A stretch of DNA of 64,000 nt. Source: Candidatus Bathyarchaeota archaeon (GTDB lineage Archaea > Thermoproteota > Bathyarchaeia > Bathyarchaeales > Bathycorpusculaceae). The stretch lies in the NCBI GenBank assembly GCA_963775895.1, contig CAVZKL010000010.1:1-64000 (forward strand), in the 5' to 3' direction. The translations under genes were made by a program, and so were the position numbers. The notes under the pieces are model-generated. The model did not search any database. It was not told where the DNA came from and saw nothing but the letters and a program-made list of their open reading frames with translations. Below are positions 10,429 to 20,762 of the stretch, one piece after another (position 1 is the stretch's first letter; every line of letters begins with the position of its first letter).

Positions 10429-11409
10429 TTGCCCACGTCGGGTAAAGCAGAGCGAATGGAACTCTACAAAGAAAGGAACGCGCAAGTTCTACTTAGCAAG
10501 TTCCTGAGCGACGAGATAAGAGAGCTGCAGCCAGTTTTCGACGTCAAGTCTGGATATCGTTATCCGACGGTTGAAGCAATCGCTGGAAACGCGGCGGACG
10601 CGGAGACATTTCTGAAGAGACTCTTCGAGGTTGGCATCCTAGACCGGAAACTGTTCGACAAAGTGATTCTGTGCCCCAAATGTAGTTCTGCAAGCGTTTC
10701 CGTGCACTACTGTTGTCCTTACTGCAAGTCGTTTGACATTCGCAAGAGTGCGCTGATCGAACACGTCAAGTGCGGCTACATGGACGTGGAAGAGAATTTC
10801 AACAAGGGCGGCAAACTGAACTGCCCAAAATGCCATGATGACTTGAAGAAGATTGACGTCGATTACAGACGGGCAGGAATATGGTGCACGTGTAAGGACT
10901 GCGGCAAGAGTTTCGATATTCCTGTGACAGGCCTTTTCTGTCGCGACTGCCACTCGAACTTCGGCTTTGAGGACGCAATCATAAAGGAGGTCTACTCATA
11001 CACTCTGAAAGAAGAGGCCAGAAAAGAAGCAGCATTGGGTTGGGTTCTCGTTGCGCCCATAAGCGAGTTGCTCGCCGAAAGCGGACTTGAGGTTCAGGGT
11101 CCAGCCTTCGTTAAGGGCAAGTCCGGAGCTAACCACATGTTCGACGTGGTTGCCAGGAGCAAAGAAACACCGAGGAAACTTACGGTGGTGGACTTAGCAA
11201 CCTCGACAGAGGACCTTGTCTCTGAGCAGCCGGTAATAGCTTTGTTCGCAAAGATATTCGACGTCTCGCCAGACAACGCGTATCTCATCGCGATTCCCAA
11301 GATGAGCGAGAATGGCAAGAAGATGGCTGAACTCTACAACATTCAGGTCGTTGAGGCAAGAAACGAAAGAGAAGCGATAAGAGCTCTGAGAGAGAAAATC
11401 AAGAAATAG
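10429..11409 (+). CDS. multi zinc-ribbon protein (TackOD1-like) with C-terminal restriction-endonuclease-like domain
   Basis: GYRYP, then CPKC/CPYC/HVKCG/CPKC/CKDC/CRDC; the C-terminus has GKSGANHMFDVV. Confidence 0.7.
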   Translation: MPTSGKAERMELYKERNAQVLLSKFLSDEIRELQPVFDVKSGYRYPTVEAIAGNAADAETFLKRLFEVGILDRKLFDKVILCPKCSSASVSVHYCCPYCKSFDIRKSALIEHVKCGYMDVEENFNKGGKLNCPKCHDDLKKIDVDYRRAGIWCTCKDCGKSFDIPVTGLFCRDCHSNFGFEDAIIKEVYSYTLKEEARKEAALGWVLVAPISELLAESGLEVQGPAFVKGKSGANHMFDVVARSKETPRKLTVVDLATSTEDLVSEQPVIALFAKIFDVSPDNAYLIAIPKMSENGKKMAELYNIQVVEARNEREAIRALREKIKK

Positions 11410-11418
11410 TAGCCTATT

Positions 11419-11826
11419 CTATGAGAAGACGAAGACGTTGCCTCTCTCCGTAACGGCCTTTACCAAGTAAGGCTTTTCTGGCAAGTTCAGATCAAAGGCA
11501 ACGTACGAAACGGTGTCCCCTGAATTGACGTACAAGTTCATTTCGTACCTCTGATGCTGCGTTGAGTTGTCTACCCATAACGCAACTACGTGTGCGGTCA
11601 CGCTTCCGCTGTTCTCAAAAGTGAAAACTGTTCCATTGACTAGCGCGCGCACCTCAGTGATTCTCAAGTCTTCGTGATTTCTTTCCAGGTCAAATTCGTT
11701 CATCTGGTAACTCCAGAGAATCACATTTGAAACCACTATCGTCACCAGAACTAGACTCAGCATGACGACTATGACGTTGCTGACTCCCCTCTTGCCATTC
11801 TTAAGTCGCGTAATATTCAGCAACAT
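11419..11826 (-). CDS. archaeal type IV pilin-like protein
   Basis: Class III signal KRG/VSNVIVVMLSLVLV; C-terminal VTERGN. Confidence 0.8.
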   Translation of the reverse strand: MLLNITRLKNGKRGVSNVIVVMLSLVLVTIVVSNVILWSYQMNEFDLERNHEDLRITEVRALVNGTVFTFENSGSVTAHVVALWVDNSTQHQRYEMNLYVNSGDTVSYVAFDLNLPEKPYLVKAVTERGNVFVFS

Positions 11827-12223
11827 GTGTCCCCCGTGCGGTCATCACATCTACGTAATAAACTTCGCCTGGTTGCCAGTTCATGGTAATGTTGAGCCAG
11901 CCATGGTCACCTATTCCAAATCTGTACGATCCAAAGAAACTCTGCGAGGTATGATTGATGTAAACTGCTTGGACGGAGATAGCGACCTGTCCAGTATTTC
12001 GTAAGTATATGCCTACTTTGCCGGTGTTGAACCAGACATCCTCTACAGCAAGGCGTTCACTCATGGTTGCGCGCATGTTCGTGGTTATCACGTACGTTGC
12101 CGTCGTGGCGATGGCCATGGCCGCAACAGCGATCACCGTTAACAAAAGGTTACTCAGAACCGGTGTTATTGCACGTTTGTCCTTGAAGATTCTGACGGTT
12201 TTCTTCATCTTGTTTTCCCTCAC
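11801..12223 (-). CDS. archaeal type IV pilin
   Basis: KRA/ITPVLSNLLLTVIAV class III signal; RNTG; TARG. Confidence 0.85.
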   Translation of the reverse strand: MRENKMKKTVRIFKDKRAITPVLSNLLLTVIAVAAMAIATTATYVITTNMRATMSERLAVEDVWFNTGKVGIYLRNTGQVAISVQAVYINHTSQSFFGSYRFGIGDHGWLNITMNWQPGEVYYVDVMTARGTHVAEYYAT

Positions 12224-13047
12224 AGGAAGATTTTGATCGCCAGATACCCGATGATCATGAGGATCAGACTGTGTTTGAGTCCGGCGTTGATAGTTCCTTC
12301 CCCCATTTTTCCTGCCACGAGTCCTCCGAACAGGGATTGGACTATGGTCATGTGGAAGAAAAGTCGTCTTATTTCTTCAGGCGACATCAAGGAGGTTCCA
12401 AGCATGGGCAACTGCTGTATGCTGACGAAAAACGATTTGAACAGTAGCACCACGGTGAAGATGAAGACGAAGAATGAAACATAGATTATTGCAATGTAGG
12501 GCCTGGTTTGAGTACGTCGTTCTTTGTCGAGCAAAAGTGTGCTCTGTATGAATTTTCCCATGGGATCGAACACCTTTTCAACCTGCCCTCCGGAGCGACT
12601 TGCCTCTATTATCATGGGCACGGTCCTTTGCATCAGCACCGTGTTGACCCGATGACTGAGCGCGAGCAATGCATCTTCAAAACTCATTCCCCAAGAAATC
12701 TGCGTGGTCATTTTTCTTAACTCGGTCGTGAGTGGACCGTAATCTCTTTTCGCGGCGTCCTCCATGGCCTGTGGCAGTGTCATTCCTGTTTCTTGAGCCT
12801 GGACTATGCTTCTGAAAAGATCCGGTAAGCGTTCGTCTATGGCCTTTCTCCACCTGTAATCAAGGTAAGTTAGAATTGCGGGGGGGAATACCGCGGCTAT
12901 CATAGCGAAGAAGACGACCTCATCAAATAGCGTGGTATTCCAAAGCGTAAATACGCCGAACAAGATTATGGCTGCTGCTGACGCGACCGAGATGGCCCAA
13001 GTGATTTTCTTAGCTTTGCTTTCTATCTTTGGCATTTTCACTACCAT
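12220..13047 (-). CDS. type II secretion/type IV pilus platform protein (TadC/FlaJ-like)
   Basis: LPDLFRSI...GMTL...YGPL...ISWG; GLVAGKMGEG. Confidence 0.9.
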   Translation of the reverse strand: MVVKMPKIESKAKKITWAISVASAAAIILFGVFTLWNTTLFDEVVFFAMIAAVFPPAILTYLDYRWRKAIDERLPDLFRSIVQAQETGMTLPQAMEDAAKRDYGPLTTELRKMTTQISWGMSFEDALLALSHRVNTVLMQRTVPMIIEASRSGGQVEKVFDPMGKFIQSTLLLDKERRTQTRPYIAIIYVSFFVFIFTVVLLFKSFFVSIQQLPMLGTSLMSPEEIRRLFFHMTIVQSLFGGLVAGKMGEGTINAGLKHSLILMIIGYLAIKIFL

Positions 13048-14057
13048 TTTGGTGATGTTGCGTCAAGTATGATCAGGAAGACTATCGCTCCCAGCGGTAT
13101 TCCTATGTACGTGAGTAGGCTCAGCAGAAGGTCAGGGCTGAATATGCCGAGGTTTCCACCGCCGAGCATAGCCATTACCGTAAGCATGATTATGAGCATC
13201 AGCGGGCCAGTTAGAAGTATGGCGACGTAGAATTCTGCCAGCATCGAGAGCGTGTCTGAGTATTTCTTCAGGCTTATCCGTTTCATCTTCATGTACTGTG
13301 CTGATTTATCACGCAAGTAAGCCGCCAAGTTGCCTCCGGAATGGATCGTGGATATGAGTCCCTCGAGCATCTCACGGAATTTTTCTGAAGGAGAGTTTTT
13401 TGACGAGTCTGATAGAGCTGAAATTATGTCGGAACCGAATAGATTCACGTTTCTCACGATGTCTTTTGCTTGCGACGAGATGGCCAAGGGGACGGGCAGC
13501 TCTGAAAGTGAATTGAAAACGCTTTCAGGCGAAACACCTGCGCTTGTCAGTATCGCCATGTACCCCGTTGTGAATGGCAATTCATCCTCCAGTTGTCTTT
13601 TCACCGTGTCTGCACGGTAGATGGGGTAACCGTAGAACGCGATGATTGTAAACGCCGCCGCGAACAAGCCGCCGCCTAATCCAAACAGAATGGCGGGGAG
13701 AACGGATACGCTGAACGCGAGAAACAACAAACATGGAATGACGGCGAAGGTTGCAAGAAAGCTCAGCACTGTGCAGAAGACCGTCAAGCTGACGTAGGCT
13801 TTGAAGTTCACTTTGAGCCCGGATTTCTGGAGGTTTCCATCAAGATCCTTGAAAACTGGAGTCAAGCGTTCTGTTTTCTCTCCAATCAGCTGGTACGCGA
13901 TTGGTTCTAACTCGGCCAACGCACCCTTAGACTTCACGTGTCCGACGTTTGCATTTGCTTGCGCTTGTTGCGATTCTGCGTGTGCGGCTCTGAGCTTTGA
14001 CCAGAGGTAGTTCATGGTCGTCTTGATTCTGTCTTGAAGCTTTGATACTTTTTTCAT
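13041..14057 (-). CDS. type II secretion/type IV pilus platform protein (TadB/FlaJ-like)
   Basis: ELPF...SAGV; SPSEKF; SGGNL; LAEFY. Confidence 0.9.
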   Translation of the reverse strand: MKKVSKLQDRIKTTMNYLWSKLRAAHAESQQAQANANVGHVKSKGALAELEPIAYQLIGEKTERLTPVFKDLDGNLQKSGLKVNFKAYVSLTVFCTVLSFLATFAVIPCLLFLAFSVSVLPAILFGLGGGLFAAAFTIIAFYGYPIYRADTVKRQLEDELPFTTGYMAILTSAGVSPESVFNSLSELPVPLAISSQAKDIVRNVNLFGSDIISALSDSSKNSPSEKFREMLEGLISTIHSGGNLAAYLRDKSAQYMKMKRISLKKYSDTLSMLAEFYVAILLTGPLMLIIMLTVMAMLGGGNLGIFSPDLLLSLLTYIGIPLGAIVFLIILDATSPKW

Positions 14058-15622
14058 CTGAGGCCAACTCTTGCCTTTTGGAAAACGCGTTCTGGACTGG
14101 CGTAGTATTCCCTGATTATGTTCGCGACATCCGTGTATCGTCTGATGCCTTCATGAGCCATCCATTCGAGAACCGTCTGCCGTCTGCCGAGTTCGCGTTT
14201 CACTTCGTCCTCGCTTATGCCTAGCTTGTTCATCTGTTTCTCCAGAAGCGCACTCTTGCCCAGAGATGAGAATCGGTCGAATTTTGGGTTCCAATTGAAG
14301 GTTTCTTCGGTTTCAATGCTATCCTTGTCGCTATTGAATCCCAAAACCTCGGTGGTCGTGCTGATTCTTCTGGCAGGTCTTCCATCGATCTCCGTTCTGG
14401 ACATGACCATTATGACGTTGGTCATGGCGATGAGTGTCTTGGGGATGTTCATCGGTTCGGATTCCAGTCGATTCATGGCGGCTTCAACGGACTCTGCGTG
14501 AATTGTGCACATTCCCAGGTGCCCAGTGGCCATGGCTTGGAATAGAGTGTAGGCTTCTTCTCCACGAACTTCTCCCACGATGATGTAGTCCGGCCTTTGT
14601 CTCACGGCGGCTTTCAGAAGGTCAAACAGTGTAATGCTGCCGTTTCTTTTGTCTTCATGGCCAAACCCCAGCCTCACGACTGATGGAATCCAGTTTTCGT
14701 GGGGCAGGTTCAGCTCTTGCGTGTCTTCCACGCTGACCACTTTCATTTCAGGTTTGATGAACATCGACAAGCAGTTGAGCATCGTCGTCTTTCCGGACGC
14801 CACTCCGCCTGCCACGAGAACTGAGGCTCTGTTTTCTATGATGTACCAGAGATACGCGGCCATCTCTGGGGAAATTGTTTTGAACGCAATTAGATCCGAG
14901 ATCGTGAGGGGGTCGACTCTGAATCGCCGTATCGTGAAGGTTGATCCCCTTCTGGTGACCTCGTTTCCATAAGTCAGTTGGATTCGACTGCCGTCCGGGA
15001 GTGAAGCGTCCAGAATTGGTGACGCTATGGATATGTTTTTTCCGGACATGTACGCCATGCGGATTATGAAGGAATCGAGTTCTGATTCTTCTTTGAATAT
15101 GATGTTTGTAGGTATCGATTCGTACATTCGGTGCCAAACGTAGATTGGAATGTTCACTCCATCAGCAGAAATGTCTTCAATCAGATGATCCTTCATCAGG
15201 GCGTCGATCTTGCCGTAACCGACGAAATCTCTGATCACGTAGTAAACCAGTTTATCGATTGCTTCTGGCGGGATTTTCATTCGGTATTTCTTTATTACTT
15301 CCTTCGACTTTTCTTTTAGATAGTTTCCCGCTTTTTCCCTCGTTTCAATTTCCCTTATGTTGACATCAACTTCTTCCATCAGGAAACTCTTCAGTTCCTT
15401 CAGCTGTTGTTCTTCTTCCTTCTGCAGGGTCGGCTCGATTATTTCGTAACGTGTTTTCTGGGTTTCTGGGTCTTTGACTATTGCGGCATAAACGTACGGT
15501 TCTTGTATTGGGTAGGCTTCTCTGAACGCGGTGGGTTTCTTGGCTTCGGCGTCAATGACTGGGGTGAACGGTGTTTCCTCTGTTGTCTTCGTGGTGTTCT
15601 CTGGTTCTTTCGTGGTTTTCAC
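14054..15622 (-). CDS. type II/IV secretion system ATPase (FlaI/TadA-like)
   Basis: GGVASGKTT, EDTQEL, RQRPDYIIVGEVRG, TGH. Confidence 0.95.
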   Translation of the reverse strand: MKTTKEPENTTKTTEETPFTPVIDAEAKKPTAFREAYPIQEPYVYAAIVKDPETQKTRYEIIEPTLQKEEEQQLKELKSFLMEEVDVNIREIETREKAGNYLKEKSKEVIKKYRMKIPPEAIDKLVYYVIRDFVGYGKIDALMKDHLIEDISADGVNIPIYVWHRMYESIPTNIIFKEESELDSFIIRMAYMSGKNISIASPILDASLPDGSRIQLTYGNEVTRRGSTFTIRRFRVDPLTISDLIAFKTISPEMAAYLWYIIENRASVLVAGGVASGKTTMLNCLSMFIKPEMKVVSVEDTQELNLPHENWIPSVVRLGFGHEDKRNGSITLFDLLKAAVRQRPDYIIVGEVRGEEAYTLFQAMATGHLGMCTIHAESVEAAMNRLESEPMNIPKTLIAMTNVIMVMSRTEIDGRPARRISTTTEVLGFNSDKDSIETEETFNWNPKFDRFSSLGKSALLEKQMNKLGISEDEVKRELGRRQTVLEWMAHEGIRRYTDVANIIREYYASPERVFQKARVGLR

Positions 15623-15870
15623 TGTCCTCTGATGTTCAGAGTCTCTAATGGTTTTCGAGTATATATGACATATTGAGTCTTAATAAGTTATATGCATGTT
15701 TAATCCTTAGCAAACTTAACATACGCCACGTTTAATAGAAACCAAGCCGCAAGTATCATCCTGAGGGCAACGTTTGGGCTCAACAACTAGAGACGCTGGA
15801 CGCGTACGAAGACCTAGACTGCCGAAGAGCCGAGTCTTGAAGAAGCCAAGAAAAAGGTCAAGATACGCCA

Positions 15871-16047
15871 ATGATGGTGGAAGGAAGCGCAAAAGCCAAG
15901 AGTTCCTCGCGAAGTTCAAAAGGCAACGTCTGCCCGAAGTGCGGTTCGACTGACGTTTTCTGGGCTTCAGGTCTGCCTCAGATTTGGTCAGCGTGGGAAT
16001 GCAGGAGATGCGGCTATCGAGGGGCTTTCATAGTCAGAAATGGCTAA
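15871..16047 (+). CDS. small zinc-ribbon protein (58 aa, below the ORF-track cutoff)
   Basis: MMVEGS...VCPKCGSTDVFWASGLPQIWSAWECRRCGYRGAFIVRNG*. Confidence 0.65.
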   Translation: MMVEGSAKAKSSSRSSKGNVCPKCGSTDVFWASGLPQIWSAWECRRCGYRGAFIVRNG

Positions 16048-16147
16048 CTCGCTGAAAAATCAGATCGAACTTCAAAAGAGCAACCGTCAAACGTTGAATC
16101 TTGTCTGGTGCAAGTTGTTCAGATGAACGTTTCTCGATGGAACGCTT

Positions 16148-16975
16148 TCACACGACAGTCGTGAACAGTAGGCTTGTGCCATGGAACGCGCTCTTGAGCA
16201 GATCATACATTGACGGTATTCCTACGTAAAAACGGGCGTAGAATGACGCTGCCAAGATTCCTATCGTTATTGCGATCAGTGTGAAGTCGCCTCTGTGCAT
16301 TTTGAGCACGTACAGGTTGGTGCGATTCTTGGTTGCTCCCCAAGCGCGAGATTCCATCGCTTCGGCAAGTTCCAGACTTCTGCGTATCGCACTCACGATC
16401 AGGGGTATGAGGATCGGGATGTAGTTTCTGATTCTCTTGAGAAAGTTGCCCTTTTCAAGTTCCAAACCCCTTGCCTTTTGGGCGTCCATGATCGTCTGTG
16501 CTTCTTCTGCCAGGACAGGTACAAAACGCACGGCCGTTGTGAAGGCAAAGACGAACTCGTAGGGCACGTGCGTCTGTTCCAGTGCCAAACCCAGATGGTC
16601 TGGCGAAGTGGTGAGGAAGAACACTGAGAATGATTCGACGAGTACGATGAACCGCAACGTCAAGGCTGCTGCACCTTCAACGTTTTTGGGTGTGAACGTG
16701 TAGTTTGTTGCGATAAAAGAAAAGACGAAGTTTGTCAGGAAGATTACCATAGCCAGGAAGGCTGCTCCGCGCATCGATCTTAGCCACTCGCGTCTGATTC
16801 CTGCCAGGAGTACGAAGGGAATCTGTATTAGGAAAAGAGCGATCAGAGGGATCAATTCCCAAAAGATGATCGCGCACACGAAGATGGCGCAGACGTAGAT
16901 GAATTTGATTCGGGGATCCAAGTTGTGAATCGGGGAATAGACTCTTCGGAACTGGAGTCCGCTGAAAACGCTCAT
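16148..16975 (-). CDS. ecfT: ECF transporter transmembrane component T
   Basis: HNLDPRIK, RFVP, AQKARG, AMESRA. Confidence 0.9.
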   Translation of the reverse strand: MSVFSGLQFRRVYSPIHNLDPRIKFIYVCAIFVCAIIFWELIPLIALFLIQIPFVLLAGIRREWLRSMRGAAFLAMVIFLTNFVFSFIATNYTFTPKNVEGAAALTLRFIVLVESFSVFFLTTSPDHLGLALEQTHVPYEFVFAFTTAVRFVPVLAEEAQTIMDAQKARGLELEKGNFLKRIRNYIPILIPLIVSAIRRSLELAEAMESRAWGATKNRTNLYVLKMHRGDFTLIAITIGILAASFYARFYVGIPSMYDLLKSAFHGTSLLFTTVV

Positions 16976-17796
16976 CCGCCGCTTTTCTCCTTCGCGTCCA
17001 ACAGAATTCTGCGTGCTTCGTAAACGTCGATCACGTTCTCCTTCAACCCCAGTTCAGGTAGTCTTAGGAAGATTTGGGCTATTTGCGGTGGCACGATTGA
17101 CGCTTTTTCGAGAGTCTCTGTATCTGTGAGAATTTTCTGTGCCTCTCCATCAGCAGTGATTTCGCCTTCAAGCATCAGCAAGACCCGAGGGTTACATTCC
17201 GCCACGAATTCGACGTCGTGCGTAACCATGATGATTGTTTTGTCTTGCGTTCTCATCTGAAGGATGAACTGTCTGAGTTTCTCCTTCTGTTCATAATCTT
17301 GTCCTATGGTAGGCTCGTCCAAGATCAGCATCTTGGGATCCCACGCCAGAACTGAGGCTAGTGCAACGCGCTTTCTCTCTCCGCCGCTCAACATGAATGG
17401 TGAGGTTTTTCGATACTGTGAGAGTGAAAGCAAGTTGAGAGCCCAGGTTATTCTTTTTTCCGTGACGTCTTCTTTGAATCCGAAGTTCCTCAGTGCGAAA
17501 GCGATCTCTTCTTCGACTGTCTCGCTGAAGAGTTGATGATCTGGGTTTTGAAAGACGAAACCAACGCTTCTAGCCAACTTGGCGACACTTGTTTTCGTCG
17601 TGTCTGTGCCGTCAACGAGTACTTTTCCTCGAGTCGGTTTGAGGAGGCCGTTGAAGTGTTTGACGAGGGTTGTCTTGCCAGCTCCGTTTTGTCCCATGAT
17701 GGCGACGAATTCGCCGTCGGCAATCTTCAGAGAAACGCCCTTCAAGGCTTCTACGCCGCTGGGGTAGCTGAAATAAACGTCGTTTGCCTCGATCAT
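16972..17796 (-). CDS. ecfA2: ECF transporter ATPase A2
   Basis: GQNGAGKT, FQNPDHQ, LSGGE, LDEPT. Confidence 0.9.
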   Translation of the reverse strand: MIEANDVYFSYPSGVEALKGVSLKIADGEFVAIMGQNGAGKTTLVKHFNGLLKPTRGKVLVDGTDTTKTSVAKLARSVGFVFQNPDHQLFSETVEEEIAFALRNFGFKEDVTEKRITWALNLLSLSQYRKTSPFMLSGGERKRVALASVLAWDPKMLILDEPTIGQDYEQKEKLRQFILQMRTQDKTIIMVTHDVEFVAECNPRVLLMLEGEITADGEAQKILTDTETLEKASIVPPQIAQIFLRLPELGLKENVIDVYEARRILLDAKEKSGG

Positions 17797-18644
17797 CGGT
17801 TTTGGAAAACCTCCTTCAGTAACGTTGCCATCTCCTCTGAATCAAGCGGAAGTTTACTGCCCAGCTTCATTCCGCTTTTGCGCAAAACTTGATAGAGGAG
17901 CGTTGCTTTCGGGATTCCAACGCCGATCAAACGTGTTTCTTCTGACTGAAGAATCTCGCGGGGGTCACCGTCTAGAACGACTTTTCCATCGTTCATCACG
18001 ATCATGTGATTGGTGTACTTGGCTGTCAAGTCTAGGCGATGTTCCACCAAGACCACGGTTATCCCGAGAGTCTTGTTCAATTGATGGATGACTTCAAAGA
18101 TCCTTCTTGCACTCAACGGATCCAGAAACGAGGTCGGTTCATCCAGAACGATGACTTCGGGTTGCATCGCCAAGACAGATGCGATGGCGACTCGTTGTTG
18201 CTGTCCACCTGAAAGTTCGTGGGGGGCTCTTTCCCTCAGGTCATATATTCGCGTCAGCTCAAGGGCCGAATCAACTTTTTCTCTCATTTCTTCTCTCGGT
18301 GTCCCAAGGTTTTCAAGTCCGAAAGCCACGTCTTTCTCCACTGATAACGCAAAAAGTTGGTTCTCTGGGTTCTGGAAAACGAGTCCCACATGCTTTGCCA
18401 ATTCATAGATCGGATGTTCAACGATGTTCATTCCGGCGACGGTTATTTCACCTTTCATCTCACCCTGATAAAAGTGTGGAATCAAACCGTTGAAGCATCG
18501 GCAGAGAGTTGTTTTTCCGCAGCCGCTTGGACCCGTGATCAGCGTGAACTCGCCCTTCTCTATTTTTATCGAAACATCCGTTATTGACTGCTTTGATCCG
18601 CCTGGATAGGAATAGGCGAGCCCTTTTGTTTCTATCACTGCCAT
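17793..18644 (-). CDS. ecfA1: ECF transporter ATPase A1
   Basis: GPSGCGKT, FQNPENQ, LSGGQ, LDEPT. Confidence 0.9.
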   Translation of the reverse strand: MAVIETKGLAYSYPGGSKQSITDVSIKIEKGEFTLITGPSGCGKTTLCRCFNGLIPHFYQGEMKGEITVAGMNIVEHPIYELAKHVGLVFQNPENQLFALSVEKDVAFGLENLGTPREEMREKVDSALELTRIYDLRERAPHELSGGQQQRVAIASVLAMQPEVIVLDEPTSFLDPLSARRIFEVIHQLNKTLGITVVLVEHRLDLTAKYTNHMIVMNDGKVVLDGDPREILQSEETRLIGVGIPKATLLYQVLRKSGMKLGSKLPLDSEEMATLLKEVFQNR

Positions 18645-18696
18645 ACAATGCCTGCCTAACACCAAGCGAGTTCTTGGTTCATTTAAGAGTAGCTAC

Positions 18697-19692
18697 TTAT
18701 TTGTGGCTAGCCAATTTTTCCTTCAAAAGGGCGACGCATCGGTTGAGTCCGATTTCTACGTCTCCTTCGCCGTTAACACCTGCTGCCGTCGAATGCCCAC
18801 CACCCATACCATGCAAGTATTCACCAAGCGGTTTCGCAATGTCCTTTCCCAAGTGTACTCCGGTCTTTTTGTTGAACTCCTGGGAGCTGCGCAGGCTGAT
18901 TTCGATTCTTCCGTTCTTTGAGCCTGCGACCGCCGCGACATGGGCCCCCAGTTCGATTAACGCTCTGGCAGCTGAGGCTTCGTACGCGCTCACGTGGGAA
19001 AGGGCAATTATCCAATCGCCGACTTTGAAAAGTCTAGTTCTTCGTGAAGCTTTGAGCCTCGCAACTCGTTCAGAGAAATCCATTGGAAGAGAAAGCAATC
19101 CCAAAGTTTCTTGCGCGTTCACTCCTGCGTCAATCAGTTCTGCAATGTTCTTCAACGTCGTCGAGCTGGCGAGGACGAAATGGCGTGTGTCAAAGGATAT
19201 GCCCAGGAACAAGGCCTTGGCTTCGTTTTCTCCGGGCTTTACGTTTGCTTGCTTGTAGAAGTCGTAGACGATTTCGCACGTTGATGAAGATTCCTCGTTT
19301 GTTACAGATATTCTCGCCATGTGCTCTGTTTCAGGGTGACTTGCGTGATGATCGATCACAACTATAGGGGCTTTTGACTCCTTCACTTTTTCAGCCAAGC
19401 TCTCCAATTGCTGGACAGTGTTTGTGTCAAGCAAGACGATGACGTCTGCTTTGTCCACGCTTGGCTGCGATTTGACTTCTATCGGCAGGTACTGGAGGAG
19501 ATGTTTCGTGAGACGACTTATTCCTTGCGCAGCCCCTATTTCAACTTCAACGTTGGGCACTACGATTCTCAGAAGTCCCGCGAACGCGTAGGCCGAACAG
19601 ATCGCGTCCGGATCAGCGTTGTGGTGACATAGCAATACGATGGACTTGGCGTTGAGTGTTTTTAGAAGATCGGTTATCTCTGTGAATGACAT
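18697..19692 (-). CDS. DHH family phosphoesterase
   Basis: HHNADPD, IDHH, GGGH. Confidence 0.9.
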   Translation of the reverse strand: MSFTEITDLLKTLNAKSIVLLCHHNADPDAICSAYAFAGLLRIVVPNVEVEIGAAQGISRLTKHLLQYLPIEVKSQPSVDKADVIVLLDTNTVQQLESLAEKVKESKAPIVVIDHHASHPETEHMARISVTNEESSSTCEIVYDFYKQANVKPGENEAKALFLGISFDTRHFVLASSTTLKNIAELIDAGVNAQETLGLLSLPMDFSERVARLKASRRTRLFKVGDWIIALSHVSAYEASAARALIELGAHVAAVAGSKNGRIEISLRSSQEFNKKTGVHLGKDIAKPLGEYLHGMGGGHSTAAGVNGEGDVEIGLNRCVALLKEKLASHK

Positions 19693-19976
19693 GCGAGTTC
19701 CCTCAGATATTTCTCGGCCGAGGCAAATGCTTCTTTGACAGCTTCATCAGAAAGCTTTTCGACGTTAAAACCTTTCATCGAAGCGGAAAGTACAATATCG
19801 ACATCAACCGTCAATCTGAGTGGTTTTGTGCCTTCTGCTTCGGCTAATATGTCCAGTTTTTCTATCTTTTTTGAAGGAACTTTCGATAAAACGTGTTTTC
19901 TTGCGGCTGTTTCAGCGGTCGTGCACAGTTGCTCAACTTGTTCAGTGGTCAATTCTGGGAGGCCAAACTCCTGCAA
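19674..19976 (-). CDS. DUF3194 family protein
   Basis: Small acidic protein GLPELT..Q at its usual position between pfdB and the DHH gene. Confidence 0.75.
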   Translation of the reverse strand: MQEFGLPELTTEQVEQLCTTAETAARKHVLSKVPSKKIEKLDILAEAEGTKPLRLTVDVDIVLSASMKGFNVEKLSDEAVKEAFASAEKYLRELACHSQR

Positions 19977-19997
19977 TTTTTCACCTAAGCTCTTCGG

Positions 19998-20366
19998 TTA
20001 GGTGGACGGAGAAACCGGGTTCAGATCCTGTTGAAGCTTGGTCTGCAGCTCTTTTACTTGACCTCGCAACCGCTCTTCCTGTCTTGTCAGAACAGTTGTG
20101 CGTGTGCTGAGCAGTTCTTTTCGTTCGTTCAGCTCGACGCTTACCTTGTTTTTTTCAGATTTGACAAGTAATGAGCCTGTTGCCTTGTATATCACTGCGT
20201 CATCCGTCAGTTTTTGCAGTTCTTCCAAGGCTTGATTGATTTCCATCGTTTCCATTTCTACCTGCTGCTTTTGCCCCAAGATCGACTGGAGCGTTTGTTG
20301 AAGTTGTTGAAGCCTCAGGAGACGCTCTTGAATCTGGGGTGGAAGCGTGGAGATTTCGTCACTCAC
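19998..20366 (-). CDS. pfdB: prefoldin subunit beta
   Basis: LPPQIQ coiled coil, IYKATGSLLV. Confidence 0.92.
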   Translation of the reverse strand: MSDEISTLPPQIQERLLRLQQLQQTLQSILGQKQQVEMETMEINQALEELQKLTDDAVIYKATGSLLVKSEKNKVSVELNERKELLSTRTTVLTRQEERLRGQVKELQTKLQQDLNPVSPST

Positions 20367-20439
20367 CTTTTATCCATCCGTCTGCACAACGATAAGTCTC
20401 GCTGCTAATTAACATTTTCTCGCGGTTTCACAAACACTG

Positions 20440-20691
20440 TCACTGCTGTGCTCTCAGTGTTTCGAAAACGCTTAGGATCGAACTCATCCATCTCAGATAC
20501 GAATTCAAGGATGCTCTTAACGCCGTGGTGTCTTTGGCTTCGATTTCCAAGATCACGAGCCCTTTTTTCGTGTAAAGGCTTGTTCGAGAACGGTGACTGG
20601 CGGAGTTTGAGACTTCGGGCTTCAGTGAGGTCAGTATCATCTGTCTTTGCTGTTCTGAGAGCTTCAGACGTACGATTGCCTTGGTTTTCAC
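20440..20691 (-). CDS. pcc1: KEOPS complex subunit Pcc1
   Basis: SLKPE...RS...AKDTTALRASLNSYLRW. Confidence 0.9.
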   Translation of the reverse strand: MKTKAIVRLKLSEQQRQMILTSLKPEVSNSASHRSRTSLYTKKGLVILEIEAKDTTALRASLNSYLRWMSSILSVFETLRAQQ

Positions 20692-20762
20692 GCTAAACCA
20701 GACCCTCGGTATGATCTGTCAGAGAAAAAGGATTTTAGGGTTGCCCAAAAAAGGGGGACACT

